Assembly (NCBI GenBank): GCA_038087875.1 | Contig: JAXLNO010000406.1 | Coordinates: forward strand, 186,001 to 250,000 | Source: Malacoraja senta | Taxonomy: Eukaryota | Reading direction: 5' to 3' | Length of the DNA: 64,000 nucleotides | Part shown: piece by piece, positions 24,774 to 39,100 of the stretch | Position numbering within the stretch: the first letter of the stretch is position 1 | How the letters are laid out: each line of letters begins with the position of its first letter | Notes under the pieces: model-generated | Told to the model about the DNA's origin: nothing | Seen by the model: the letters and a program-made list of their open reading frames with translations, nothing else | Database searches by the model: none | Made by a program: the position numbers and the translations under genes

Positions 24774-25630
24774 AGTGTGGAAACAGGCTCTTCGACCCAA
24801 CTTGTCCAAACCGGCCAGCAATGTCTCAGCTACACTAGACCCACTTGCCTGCGCTTGGTCCATATCCCTTCAAACCTATCTATGTACCTCTGTAACCCAA
24901 ACGAAGGGATAGTCCCAGCCTCAACTTCCTCCTCTGGCAGCTTGTTCCATACACCCACCACACTTTGTGTGAAAAATTTACCCCTCCGATTCCTATTAAA
25001 GCTTTTCCCCTTCACCTTGAACCTATGTCCTCTGGTCCTTGATTCCCCTACTCTGGGCATCTACCTGATCTATTCCTCTCATGATTTTGTACACCTCTAT
25101 AAGATCCCCCTCATCCTCCTGCGCTCCATGGAATATATACCCAGCCTACTCAACCTCTCCCTATAGCTCACACCCTCTAGTCCTGGCAACATCCTCGTAA
25201 ATCTTTCCTGAACCCTTTCAAGCTTGCCAATATCCTATAACATGGTGGCCAGAACCGAACACAATATTCTAAATGCGGTCACACCAACGTCTTATAAAAC
25301 TGCAATATGACCTCCTAACTTATATACTCAAAACTCTTGACTGATGAAGGCCAAAGTGCCAAAAGCCTTTTTGACCTCCTTATCTACCTGTGACTTGACC
25401 TTCAAACAACCATGCGCCTGTATTCCTGGATCCCTCTGCTCTACCACACTACGCAGAGGCCTACCATTTACTGTGTAGGTCCCGCCCTTGTCGACGTCCC
25501 AAAATGCAACACCTCACACTTCTCTGTATTAAATTCCATCAACCATTCCTCCGCCCACCTGGCCAATCGATCCAGATCCTGCTGCAATCTTTCACAACCA
25601 TCTTTACTATCTGCAAAACCACCCACTTTT
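24774..25630 (-). mobile_element. CR1 LINE 3' fragment
   Basis: ESRTRGHRFKVKG...FFTQSVVGVWNKLP (24830..25060). Its catagagt tail is split by the L1 insertion. Confidence 0.8.
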
Positions 25631-28600
25631 GTATCCTTGTATGACTTTCCAAAATGTGCATCCTGTACTTGTCAAGTTCAAATTCCATCTGCCAATACTT
25701 CAGCCCACCTTCCATCTGATCTATATCCTGCTGTAGTCCAAATACAACATTCCTACCTCGCCACAACACCATCAACTTTCCTGTCATCTGCAAGTATATT
25801 AATTGTATCTCCTGTACTCATATCAAAGTCATTAATGTATATCACAAACAGCTAAGGTACTGTGCTACATCACTAATCACAGGCTTCCAATCAGTAAAAT
25901 ATATCTTCCACCACTACCCTGGGCTTTGTTTCACAGAGCCAAGTTTTGGATACAATTAGCCAATTTGCCTTGGATTTGATGTGCCTTAACGTTTTCCAAC
26001 TTAACCTTTCCAAATACCTTTCTAAAGTCCATATATACAACGCCTTTCACCCTGCGTTCATCAATCTTCTCAAAAAACTCATCGAATCACAGTCCTCAAA
26101 TCTGCTAAAGCAAGCAACCTCCTGGGTGCTGTCTCTTTCATCTTGCCTAACTAGCATTGGTATCTCTAACATTGGCATCATGTTACAGAGTCCTGTTGGT
26201 CACCTGGGGAAGAAGCGTTCACTTCCCCATTTGGACACCTCAATGCTGTTTGATTGGCCGCTAGATCTTATCTAAGCAAAACTCTTCTGGACATCTCCTT
26301 GGGTGCTAATGTTTGAAGGCCGACCCAGTTGGTGGAGAATCTCTATCTAGGACAAGCAAAGGAAGCTTAGGTATAGATTTGCTCCACATTCCCTCCCGTC
26401 ATCCAGTGTGTTAACATATCGCACTGCTGGCAGGACTGACAAGAAAGGAATCTATCCTAATAGTGAGAATGTTGAAAGATGGAATTCCTGTGATGATCTT
26501 AGCATTGCAGTGATGGACTGGATCAATTATCGGAAGGTTGGTGGTTTGGCCGTTGGCAGGTGATTCAGTATGAAGAAAGCTTCAGACTCGAAACATCACC
26601 TGTTCCTTTTCTCCGTAGATGCTGCCTGACCCGCTGAGTTGCTCCAGCATTTTGTGTCTATCTTAGGAGATCCAGCAGGCCTTGGTAGACCGAATGCAAA
26701 TGTTCGGCAAAATGGTCACCAAGTCTAGGCTTGGTCTTGCCGATATAGTGGAGGGCACATTGAATGCAGTAGAAGAGGTTAGAGCAGGTGCACACATTTA
26801 CCTTATTCCGCATAAGAACAACAGACACCAATGCAGAGATAATTTTTTCGCAGTAAGTGTTATGATATTGGTCTGAAGAAAAGTCATCAACCAAATATGT
26901 TAACTTTAATCCTCCACAGATGCTGCCTGATCATCTGAGTATTTCTAGCATCTCCTGTTTTTATTGCAAACACAGTTATTTGAATGCGTTTACAGTGCTG
27001 TTAATCAAAGCAACCAAACTGGTGCTCCTTTTGGCTTCAGTTAGTAATCATGCATCATTTGTTAAGCTTTTACTTATTTACGTGCACAATATCGAACTCC
27101 TATCAAGATAGATATTTGGCTCCTGCAAACCTTCCCTTTTTCAGTCATTGCAGTCAGTTTTTTTGGAAATGTATTATCTTACCATTCACTGCCAGTCTTG
27201 ATTAGTAAAACTTTCCAAGGTCAGTTTGAAGTATTGCAGATGGAACGCTTTTTGCTGTATAGTCAAGTGTTTCATTTACATCTGCCTAATTTAAGCTGGC
27301 ACGAGCCAAATGTTCGATTTTAAACCCTGGGTGAAACATTTTAGGTATAAAATACAACTTTTACCATTTAGAGTCATAGAATCAAACAGCACGGAAACAG
27401 GCCCTTCAGCCCAGCTTGCCCATACCGACCAAGGTTCACCATGTACACTAGTCCAACCTGCCTGCGTTTGACCCACATCCCTTTAAACATTTCCTACCTG
27501 GAATTTGTTGCCACAGGCGGCTATGGAGGCCAAGTCAATGGATAATTTTAAGGCAGAGATTGACAGATTCTTGATTAGTAAGGGTGTCATGGGTTATGGG
27601 GAGAAGGCAGGAGAATGGGGTTGAGAGGGAAAGATAGAACAGCTATGATTGAATGGCGGAATAGACGTCATAGGCCTAATTCTGCTCCTTATGAACTTAT
27701 ACATGTACCTGTCCAAATGTCTTCTAAATGTCGTTATAGTTTCTGTCTCAACTACCACCTCCGGCAGCCCATTCCATATACTCGCCACCATTTGTCAGGG
27801 TTAACTATTATTTATAGAACAATTATACAGGTTGTAAATACTCACTTGCAAGAGATTAGATGTGAAGTATAATCATAGAATTAGATCCACAGAAATGTAA
27901 ATATTTAAAAATTGTTGAGTTATTTTGTTGCAAACATAGTGAAATTAAATACTTGCTGACTAATGAAATGAACAGCACAAACTGCATTTATACAGCTAAT
28001 GATACATGTCCTTGAATCACCAAACCATAGAATGGTGCAAACCAAATACAGGTAAATGGAATTACTGTAGATTGGTACAGCAGGCAGGGTATCAATGCTA
28101 AAGGGCCTGGTTCTGTGCCGTCTGACTCGATGACTTTAAATGTTTTATATCTAGTATAGTCTGCCTGTCATTCATATATCTCATCACCTATGATGTATAC
28201 TTTAGTTTAGTTTAGAGATATAGTGCGGAAACAGGCCCTTCGGCCCACATAGTCCGCGCCGACCAGCGATCCCCGCACATTAACATTATCCTACATATAC
28301 GAGGGACAATTTACAATTTTACCAAACCAATTAATCTACAAACCTGTATATATTTGGAGCGTGGTAAGAAACCGGAGCTCCCGGAGAAAACCCACTCAGG
28401 TCACGGGGAGAACATTCAAGCTCCATACAGACAAGCAACCCTAGTCAGGATCGAACTGGGGTCTCTGGCACTGTAAGACAGCAACTCTACCGCTGTGCCA
28501 CCATGCTGCCCTTCTGACATTCAATTTAAACTTTTGGCATTTCATGGTTAGTCGAGCTTAAAACAAAAACAGGGATTGACGTTGGAATAAATGTCAATCT

Positions 28601-31600
28601 CTAGCTGGGCATCTGCATATTAACTCTTTTAAGGTTTCAAGTTATATCATAAAATAGAGGAAACTTTGCATGTTTTTTAAAAAAGAAATCAATCCATTCA
28701 GAGGAGTGGAAAATGTTGTATGGTAGATTAAAATATTCAACCCATAGGTTTTGATTAGCCCTTTTCCCTCCAGAGTAGTTTTCCAGCTGTCAAAATGTAA
28801 TATATACAGCTGAATAAAGTTGGGATATCAAAGCTCAGGTTTGTGTGAATTCGAGACCCAAAATGCTCGAGTAACTCAGCGGGTCAGGCAGCATCTCGGG
28901 AGAAAAGGAATGGGTGACGTTTTGGGTCGGAACTTTTCCTCAGACTGGGTCGAGACTGAGTTCAGTATGTGACAGTCCGTGTGGAAAATTACTTGATTTT
29001 TGTACAACTCGCAGTAGGTTTTTAAGTGCCTTGGGTCATTTGCCTTCCACAGCACATCAGTAAAAAATCCGGTGCATCAATGTGCTTACACTGTAATGTT
29101 GCTCAGCTCAGCTTTAAACTGGTGATAAAGAATTTTTATACATTATTAATGTAAGATGTATAGTTTAAATCCAATAGTATAATTAATTGTGCACTGATTC
29201 TCCCACCTATTGTAATTTAGGGCCTTCAGACTGAGAGGTCTCTGGGCCAAACACAGTTCTTTATGGTGGAAGTCAGAATGGCTGCAGGCAATTCTGTCCT
29301 TCAAGAACAGATTTTATTTTACTTCCGAAAATAATTTTTATACAGAATAATACCTACAAAACAAAACAGTGCAAAAACTCTTCTGACATTCTCAGTGGCT
29401 CTACACACATTCATTAGTGTTATATTTGGTAGTGTTGACAAAAATGTCATTATATCAGGCATTCTTGCCACTCATGTGACCTCCTGGGGTGTTATCCCTT
29501 CCCTTGTTTGAGAGGAGTCTCAACCAGACATAATGTATTAAATGATGAAGCTTTTAATACATTCACTTGATATTTTCATACATTTTTGCCAGATCTCCTC
29601 AGCTACAACTTAATTTTGGGTGGTTGAAATTTGGAAGTGATCAGTAAAAGGCAATTAATTTTCGATACTTTTTTAAATTTGAAATTACTTTCGTGATAAT
29701 TTTTTGATATTTAAGTTTAGTTTAGAGATATAGTGCGGAAACAGGCCCTTCGGCCCACATAGTCCACGCCGACCAGCGATCCCCGCACATTAACATTATC
29801 CTACATATACGAGGGACAATTTACAATTTTATAATTACATGAAAAATGACAGATAAATAGAGAAAGGTCATAGATCAAAGTCTGTGTCATAGATGAGAGT
29901 ATGAAGGTCCTGAAGTATCACCCATTCCTTTTCTCCTGAGATGCTGCCTGTCCCGCTGAGTTACTCCAACATTTTGTGTCTATATTCGAGGTCATAGATC
30001 AGTTGCCTCTTCAATTGGTAGAATAGGTTTGAGAGGAAAACATGGCCACAAGTTTCCCTCCTTTGTTGCTTTATTATAATGTTTTTCAATTCCCTTTGAC
30101 TTCAGATAACGGAGTAAGTGCAGGGACCATCAGGCATCTGCAAATGCACCATCAGGACACAGTCGTTTAGTTTAATTTGGAAATACAGCACGCAAACTGG
30201 CCCTTCGGCCCACCGAGTCCGCGCCGACCTGTGATCCCCGCACATTAACACTATCCTCCACATTCTCGGGACAGTTTGCATTTATACAAAGTCAATCAAC
30301 CTACAAACATGTACATCTTTGGGGTGTGAGAGGTCACCGAAGATCTCGGAGAAAACCCACACGGTCACGGTGAGAATGTATAAACTCTGTACAGACAGCA
30401 CCCGTAGTTGGGATCGAACCCGGGTCTCCGGCGCTGCAAGTGCTGTAAGGCTGCAACCCTACCGCTGTGCCACCGTGCTGCCCGCGCTTGGTGCTCAGTC
30501 GTTTTCATTGGGTCACGCTGCATTATAATGGTTGCCATTATAGGCAGTCTGAGGAAGAGTCCTATCCATGTCCATGTCTTCCAGAGATGCTGCCTGACAT
30601 TCTGAGTTACTCCAGCACTTTGGGTTCTACACAAGTTTCCAGCATCTGCATTTTTTTGTGACTACAATGGTGGCCAATTCAGATTTGTTTGCTTTTTTGC
30701 CGCGAAACACTATATCTGCTCAAGCAGCCATGGTGCAGAAACTACCTTGTGTCAAATTGCATTCTCCACTGTTTTTAAAATCTAATAACGCCTATTGGGA
30801 TTCTGTGGTTTGGCTATTTTCCATTGCTCACTAATTTGCTGCATTTACCACAGTGGCCTTACTGATTCTCAGATTATATTTTCAAATGCTGTTCCAGTCA
30901 ATGCAATGAGTAAAAACGCAATATTCGTACAAATCCCCCAGTTTTATGACAGAGAATATTACATTGAACCGTTCTCAATCCATATTTCACAATCGTTCCC
31001 AGCCTTAGTTTTGTTTTGTTCAGAAATACAGCGCGGAAACAAGCCATTCGGCCCACCGCACATTAACACTATCCTACACACAACAGACTAGGGACAATTT
31101 TTACATCAAACGTGTACGTCTTTGGAGTGTGGGAGGAGACCGGAGATCTCGGAGAAAACCCAAGCAGGTCACGAAGAGAACGGACAAACTCCGTAGTCGG
31201 GATCGAACCCGTGTCGCCGGCACAGCATTTGCTGTCAGGCAGCAACTCTACCGCTGCGCCACCGTGATAGTCAGCTGCTCTTGTTATTCGTGTTTCTCTC
31301 ATAATCAGACACGTTTAATATCGAATCAGATCCCCACCCTTGAGTAAGTCGCTGGAAGTAACCCGATCTCCCGGTTGCTGAACACTTAAATTCCTATCCT
31401 CCCTCCCCTCCTCATCACCCGCACCTATTACGGAGCACCCGGAATGTCGATGGTGATAGAGTCACTGGATGTGAAAGTGGATATGAAGTACTTGGCTACG
31501 ATGCAGAGGAGGTTTACCAGAATTATGATTTCATTAAGAGAATGGAGAGGTCAGACCGACTATGGAAAGTTTTCTCCGGACCGCCGGAGGTTGAGGGGAG

Positions 31601-32689
31601 ACTTGATGGAAGTCTATCGAATTATGAGAGGGGTGGGCAGGGTACACAATCACAACCTTTTACCGAGAGGGGAATATTTAATAGTAGTGAGCATAGCTAT
31701 AGGATGAGAGGGGGCAAAGTTTAAAGGAGATGTGCGAGGCAGGTTTTCTACCCCAATGATGGTGAGTTTCTGGAACGCGCTGCCAGGGATGGTGGTGGAG
31801 GCTGATACGAGACAGGTGGTGAAGAGATTTTTGGATAGGCACGTGAGTATGCAGGTAATTGAAGGATATAGATTATGTTCAAGCAGGTAAGAGTTGGTCC
31901 TGGCATCATATTCAGCACAGACACTGTGGGCCGAAGGGCTGCTCCTATGCGCACTGTTCTTTGTTCCATACGGATTGTGTCTTCGTATTGTGGATATTCC
32001 GGGATAAAACCTGATACTCGAAGAAACCTCCACATAAGCGCCGTAGAATGTATCCTGACTGTTCGCATCATGGCCTGGTGCGGCATTTCCAACGCACACG
32101 AGTTGCACGACCGCCTGCACTGCCATGGACCTGTTTATTTTTAATTGTTTTTTGCATTAAAACCTTATCTTTGGAGCAGTTTTTAATTTTGTTTTTACTA
32201 ACTTGCAAAATGTATGTGTAATGTGGTTGTGATTTGCAATTAATTGATAAATTGTGTAGCACTGAGTATTTGTGCGTGTGATGCTGCTGAAACGGCGATG
32301 AGATTTTCATCGCAGCTGTTCATCGCAGTACTTGTACAGATGACAATAAATCCGACTGGACTTCACTCTAAATTTATATTTAACCATCGTTTTACACCCC
32401 AGTTCGTTTTTTTTTTGGCCATGTCATTTTCTGTCCTGCTCTAAACTGTCCCATAACATTCCCAACGTATACTTTATATACCCGTCTGTGTAACATCTCA
32501 CTAAACCCTCCATGGGTATTTGAGGTCAGGACACGGTCACCTAGAACACGTTCACCCTGAAACCCTACAGCAAATGTGCTGGAGACGGCAGCGATCGCAG
32601 TGGTCACTCGCGGTACAGAGGGATCACAAGGGATCAGCAGCTCCCAATCAGTGAAAGGAGTTTCAAACCAGGAAGTGATAGGAGTTAAA

Positions 32690-33100
32690 ATGGCTTCGAA
32701 AGAGCAGGTCGAGAATTTAACAGAGGAGGCAATTTGTGCCATCTGCCTGGATTTCTTCACCGATCCGGTTATCCTGGAGTGTGGGCACAACTTCTGCCGC
32801 TCCTGTATCACACAGAGTTGGGACAGGGAGGAGAAAAACTCCTGCCCAGAATGTAGAGAGGAGTTTGCTGACCGCACCCTCAATGGTAATCGGGCCTTGG
32901 CGAGACTAGCTGAGAAAGCTCGAAAACTGAGCCTGAATACGGAAGAGAAGGAAAGTAAACATCACTGCGAGGAACATCAGGAAGAACTGAAGCTGTTTTG
33001 TGAAACTGACAAGAAACTGATCTGCCTGGTTTGTCGAGATGCGCGGGAACACAAGTCTCACAGTTTCATACCGATTAAAGAAGCTGTTGAAACCTACAAG
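32690..33100 (+). CDS. TRIM exon 1: C3HC4 RING and B-box
   Basis: aaaATGG start. [33 protein letters not shown]-box [32 protein letters not shown]. Donor AAG|gtaaaa. Confidence 0.95.
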
Positions 33101-36100
33101 GTAAAAGCAAACCGACTGCGATCACTTGCTTGAATGTATAGTTGAATGTTTATTGTCTAACCCCCTTTCTCTCTGATTCCCAGGATCAGGTTAAATCATC
33201 CATACAATCTCTGACAATAAATAAATCAGCCATCCAGGAAATGGAAGAGCAACAGAAGCAGAAGATTTCCAAAGTCCGGGTGAGACCTTGCTGTGTGGCA
33301 TTTCTGATCGTGTTGTGTAGTATTGTATTTTGGGTGGTTCACTGTAGCGTAGTGTGACAGCAGTTAGTTCCCCTGTTTCGCAGCTTTAATCACCGTGGTT
33401 CGACCCTGACCTTTGGTACTCTCTGCGTGAAACCGCCATGTTCTCGCTGTGACCACGATGGGCTCCGCCCTCATCTACATAACACGTCCATTTAATTTAT
33501 GCAGGAAAGAAATGCAGATGCTGGTTTAAATTGAAGCCAGAACTAAAGTGCTGGAGTAACTCAGTCTGATGAAGGGTCTCGACCCGAAACGGATCAGACT
33601 GAAGAAGGGTCTCGACCCGAAACATCACCCATTACTTCTCTCCAGAGATGTTGCCTGTCCCGCTGAGTTACTCCAGCATTGTGTGTCTACGTCGATTTAG
33701 TTATCTGCTGTAATTAACCTACTGAAGGCGGGATCTGGGTATCGGTGGGAGTTAATGTGAACGTGAGGACGAATATATTTCATGGAAAAGGATTCGGTCA
33801 ATCTTCATGTTTCAATTGACAGGAGCAGTCACAAAGCCTCGAGTCTTACGTCACATCTCAGTTTGCTGAACTGCACCAGATTCTCGTGAAGAAAGAGCAG
33901 CGCATTCTCGGAGAGATCAAGGAGGATGAGGAGAAGATTCTAAGTGCAATGGAGAAAAATCTTCAAGACATTCAAGAGAATTTAAACTCTATTGAGGAGC
34001 AACTCTCAAAGCTGCAGGGACGAATGAAACAAACAGACATCGTGTTATTTCTGAAGGTCAGGGGTTATGTTTCAATCTCGTTCAATGAAACTGCAGTCAC
34101 AACATTGGGAGCGATATATTTGCGCAAATGCAACTTTTATCATTACCTGTATTTATCCAACGACCCACTTACAAACACGTTCTGCTATCTCATATCATAG
34201 TAGATGAATTAGACCATTCTGCCCATTAAGTCTACTCCGCCATTGAATCATGGCTGATCTTTCTTTCCCTCTCAACTCCATTCTCCTGCCTTCTCCCCAC
34301 AACCCCTGACATCCGTATGAGTGAAGAATTCATCTATCTCTAACCTAAAATGTCAGTTGATGGGCTTCACAGACTCGTATGGCAAGGAATTCCACGGATT
34401 CACCATCCTCTGACTCTTAAATTCCTCCTCATCTCCTTCCTAAAGGTACGTTCTTTTATTCTGAGGCTATGCCTAGTCCTAGCCTCTTCCACCAGCGCAC
34501 ACATTCTCTCCACATCCACTCTATCCAGGCCTTTCACTATTTGTGTCTTGATATCTGCAGAAATGGAGATACATTCCACCTAATTAACATCTTAATATTT
34601 TTGGTTAACAAATGATAAGCGTTTTTCGATACTGGGCCTGTACCTGCTGGGGGACCTCATTGGAACTTACCGAATAGTGGACGTGGAGAGGATGATTCAA
34701 CGTGTGGCGGATTCTAGGACGAGAGGTCAGAGCCTCAAAATTAAAGGACGCTCCTTTGGGAAGGAGAAGACGAGGAATATTAGTGAGAGGGTGGTGAATC
34801 TGTGGAATTATTTGCCACAGAAAAATGTGTAGGCCAAGTAAGTGGATATTGTTAAGCGCACATAGATAGATTCTTAGTTAGTTCAAGTGTCAGAGGTTAG
34901 GGGGTGAAGGCAGGAGATGGGGGTTATGAGGGAGAGATAGAGCAGCCGTGATTGAATGGCAGAGTAGTCTTGATGGGCCGATTGGTCTTATTCTGCTCCT
35001 ATCACTTTTGACCTTATGACATTATTCAGCAGAAAGTTCACAACACGTCCAGATTTTCCTGCACATTGCTTCCTCTGAGCTATAACATAATTTTCACAAA
35101 CATTTATCATACCTCCTGCATTGGTTCCATCAATGCAGTGTCGTCTGTGTGACAACGTGAGCGCGAGTCAGAAAATGGTAATTTTCAACGATGTGAAATA
35201 ACTTGTGTGAATTGCTGTTCCCTCAGTCATTGTGGGCCGAATGGCCTTTGTCTACACTCCTTTCTCGAGATTGGGTTGCCTATGCGACCTTCCATTTCGT
35301 GAAGATATGCAGGAGAATTACATAATATATTGGTCTTCACCTTTCATCTGACAGGATCAGTCACACAACTTTCCTTTCCTTTTAAAATCATTTTATTAGT
35401 TTTTTTCAACAACAAAAATAAAACAACAACAAATAATGATAAACATAACAATGATATTGCTACATAGGGATCAGGATTACATTAATAACAAGTATAACCT
35501 AAATATGTCCAGTGTCAAAATACACATTGAGTGTAGACCTGCCGGTCTCTATGTAAATATAGTTAAGTGTTTAAAAGATAACTTGTATATATAAAAACTA
35601 AAAGATAAAAAGAAGAAAAAAAGAAGAGAAAAAAGAGAAAAACAAAACCTCCCCTAAACTAGAAATAAAAAGCAAAACAGAATCTGGGCTGCAAAGAATT
35701 TCAACAATTTAAGTCCCTGTTTGTCGTCAAGTCCGTTCCACCGTATAAAGGTAAAAAAATTATTATAACGGTTGGAGAGGGGACAATTCATATCATGTAA
35801 ACATGTTGAATAAAGCTTCCCCAAGTACTATCAAATTTAACCAACCAAGGGTTCAACAATGTCACTCCTAATTGTTTCTAAATTTAAACATGATATCGTT
35901 TCAGAGTACCAATGGAGTGTGGTCGGAGGATTAGAGTCTTTCCATTTAAATAAAATAGATCTTCTGGCAATTAATGTAGTAAAAGCAATCAGCCGATGAG
36001 CCAGAGATCACAACCCAGTTTGCTGAACTGCACCAGATTCTTACTAAGATAGAGCAGCGCTTACTCGTTCCTTCTCTCCAGAGATGCTGCCTGACCCGCT

Positions 36101-39100
36101 GAGTTACTCCAGCATTTTGTGTCTACCTTTGATTTACACCAGCATCTGCAGTTCTTTTCTCCACATTCTCTCTCTAGTTGTCCCTTTGACTGCAGAGGGA
36201 CCCATTCTCTCCTGAGTTATTCTTTTGCTATTAATATACTTGTTGTATCTCTGGGGATTCTCTTGTTTTTTATTTTTTATTATTATTATTTTTTTTTTAA
36301 TTTATTTTTTATTAGAAGTACATTACATTACAACCACATACATTAGTACTCGTCACTTATATCTTCTTACAATTAATGTACTCCGTTTGTTTTTTACACT
36401 AGTAAAAGGAAAGGATAAGATTGAAAGTGAAGGAAAAAGTGAAAGTGTAGAAAGAGTGACAACAAGACAGAACGAAGACCCTATAAGAACAAAATTAAAA
36501 ACAAAAGAAAAAGAGTTAAGAAATAGACCTTAGAAAAGAAGGAGAAAGAGAAAGAGGAGAAAGAGAAAAACAAAGTTTTTATGAGCATTACGCAAATGGG
36601 ACATACCAACTTTCCAACTATCATCACCCTTTACCTGACCTCAGTTTTTTTTTTAAGGTACCTTTGCACCCTATATTTGTAATAATTCTATAAATGCAGA
36701 CCACGTCAGATGGAAGTGATCTGGTTTACATGCCAGGAGGAGTCTTATCTCTTCTAGGTGTAATGTTGCGAACATATTTGAAATCCACATGTTTATAGTT
36801 GGTATTGGAGCATTCTTCCAACATTTTAGGATTAGCTTTTTTCCAGTTATTAACCCATAGTCTATTAGTTTCTTTTGAAACACATTTAGTTCTGGACCAT
36901 CTTCCGTTGTTCCGAAGATAATCCATTCTGCTTTGGGTAGGGATTCTCTTGTTTGTCGTGTCTCGTGACTCTGTTTAGTTCTGCTGATTTTCCTTTTAAT
37001 TTACTCCTGCAAGTTTTTATACTGCAAAACAAATTGCTTGATGACAGCAACCTGTACCCGACCAGTGCCTCACACCCTTTATGGTTCCCTCATCCTGATA
37101 CATGATCTTACATTACATTACCGTCTGCATCGACCAGACCTTTGACCACAAATTCCACATACTGATCACTGAATTTCTGACAGGATTTGCTCCAGGCCAC
37201 TTTGAATTTTTCATTTGTGTTTTGGTATCTGCAGAACCGGTGATACATTCTCCATCCACACCCAATCTAATCCATCATTAATCTTAAATCCCTCCAACCA
37301 ATTATGATTAACAGCTTATTTTTGGGTAACATATGATAAGCATTTTTCGACACAGGGCCTGTACTCGCTGGAGTTTAGAAAAATGAGCGGGGACGTCATT
37401 GAAACTGACCGAAGAGTGAAAGGCTTGGATAGAGTGGATGTGGAGAGGATGTTTCCACTAGTGGAAGAGTCTAGGACTAGAGGTCATATCCTCAGAATTA
37501 AAGGACATTTCTTTAGGAAGGACATGAGGAGGGATTTTAGTCAGAGGGTGGTGACTCTGTGGAATTCTTTGCCACAGATGGCTCTGGAGGTCAAGTCAGT
37601 GGAGGTTAAGGCAGATATATATAGATTCTTGATTAGTATGGTTGTCAGAGGTTATGTGGAGAAGGCAGGATAATGGGGTTAGGAGGGAGAGATAGGTCAG
37701 CCATGATTGAAAAGTGGAGTAGTCTTGATGGGCTGAATGGTCTAATTCTGCTCCTATCACTTATGACCATATGACAATATTCAGCAGAAAATTCACAACG
37801 TCCAGACTTTCCTTTTTTTTAAATTTCAAAATACTTTAATCAGGTAATAAATATATACAATACATGAACCGTGCAAAAAAATGCATCCGACATTTTCGGA
37901 AGCCACACCAATTATTTAATACAGTCTACATACATTGCTCAAATCTCACTAATTTATCCCCCACCCTTGGCACTCATGTGGCCCACTGGTGTGGGATCCC
38001 TTCCCTTAATTTGAGGGGCGTCTCCACCACACCCTGCAGACATTCCTGCACATTGCCTCCTCTGAGATATAGCATAATTTTCACAAACATTTAACAAACC
38101 TCCTGCATTGGTGCCATCAATGAAATGTCCTCTGTGTGACAACGTGAGCGCGAGTCAGAAAATGATAATTTTCAACTATGTGAAATAACTTGCGTGAAGT
38201 TGTTCTTCCCTCAGTCAATTTCTGCTTTATTTATTTCAGGAGGAAGCTGGTCACAAGAGGAGGTAAGACATGCTCTTCAGTTAAACTCTGCACGGATCTG
38301 TAAAGTCACATAAACATGTCGACGCGCAGGTTATAATCGGTTATTTAATATTCGCAGAATTAGTGATGAATCCCAGACTTTGTCACTGAGAGATGGTGCC
38401 ATACTGGATGAAAGATTCCATCACCCCCTCTGGTTGAACGCAGTGTTGAAAGATATCGCGAATCACCAAGGTAAAACATATGGATTCCTTACTTCTTATG
38501 TGGGTGACATATTTAAGTTGTAAATAGATGCAAAGATTGACCGTAATGATGAACAGTAGGGGAACTAAAGTTTTATACCAGCAGCAATCTCACCTGTTGG
38601 GAAGCTTCACAGTCAAGTGGTCAGCTGTAGATGTCAGAACCCTGAACACATCCAACACAGGAGCACAATACAACCAAGACACAGACTGACAGATGAACTA
38701 AAACACCCATCTGCACCGCAGAAACACGCCACAATATGAGTTTAGATTCTACCAGTTAGCCAAGACTTAATTTAATCAGAGATTTTAAAAAACTGTTGGG
38801 AATTTGATGACCAGGATTGTCATAAAAACACACGGGGTTCCATCGGAGAAGGATATATGTGCCACTGATCCTGCTTGTCCTGTCAATGACCACTGACTTT
38901 GGTTAACTCATGTCTGCCCCCTGCTGGAGTTATGACATCATTGTTATTAACTAGCCACCATGTTGAAGCATTGTCAGATCGGGGAAGTTTAACCCGCCAC
39001 GGGTACCATGTAATCCCGTGCTACCTGCCCCATGGTCCTATAGTCGGCGACTAAACCGTCCCCCCACCTGGTTTGCTAGGCGAGGAGGGGGTTGTGAACC

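Noticed and set aside
32576..32689. 38-aa N-terminal extension of the TRIM ORF from a GTG
   Set aside because: Non-ATG start. The aaaATGG at 32690 has good context and places the RING at the usual N-terminal position.
32392..32883. 163-aa minus-strand ORF
   Set aside because: Antisense shadow of TRIM exon 1.
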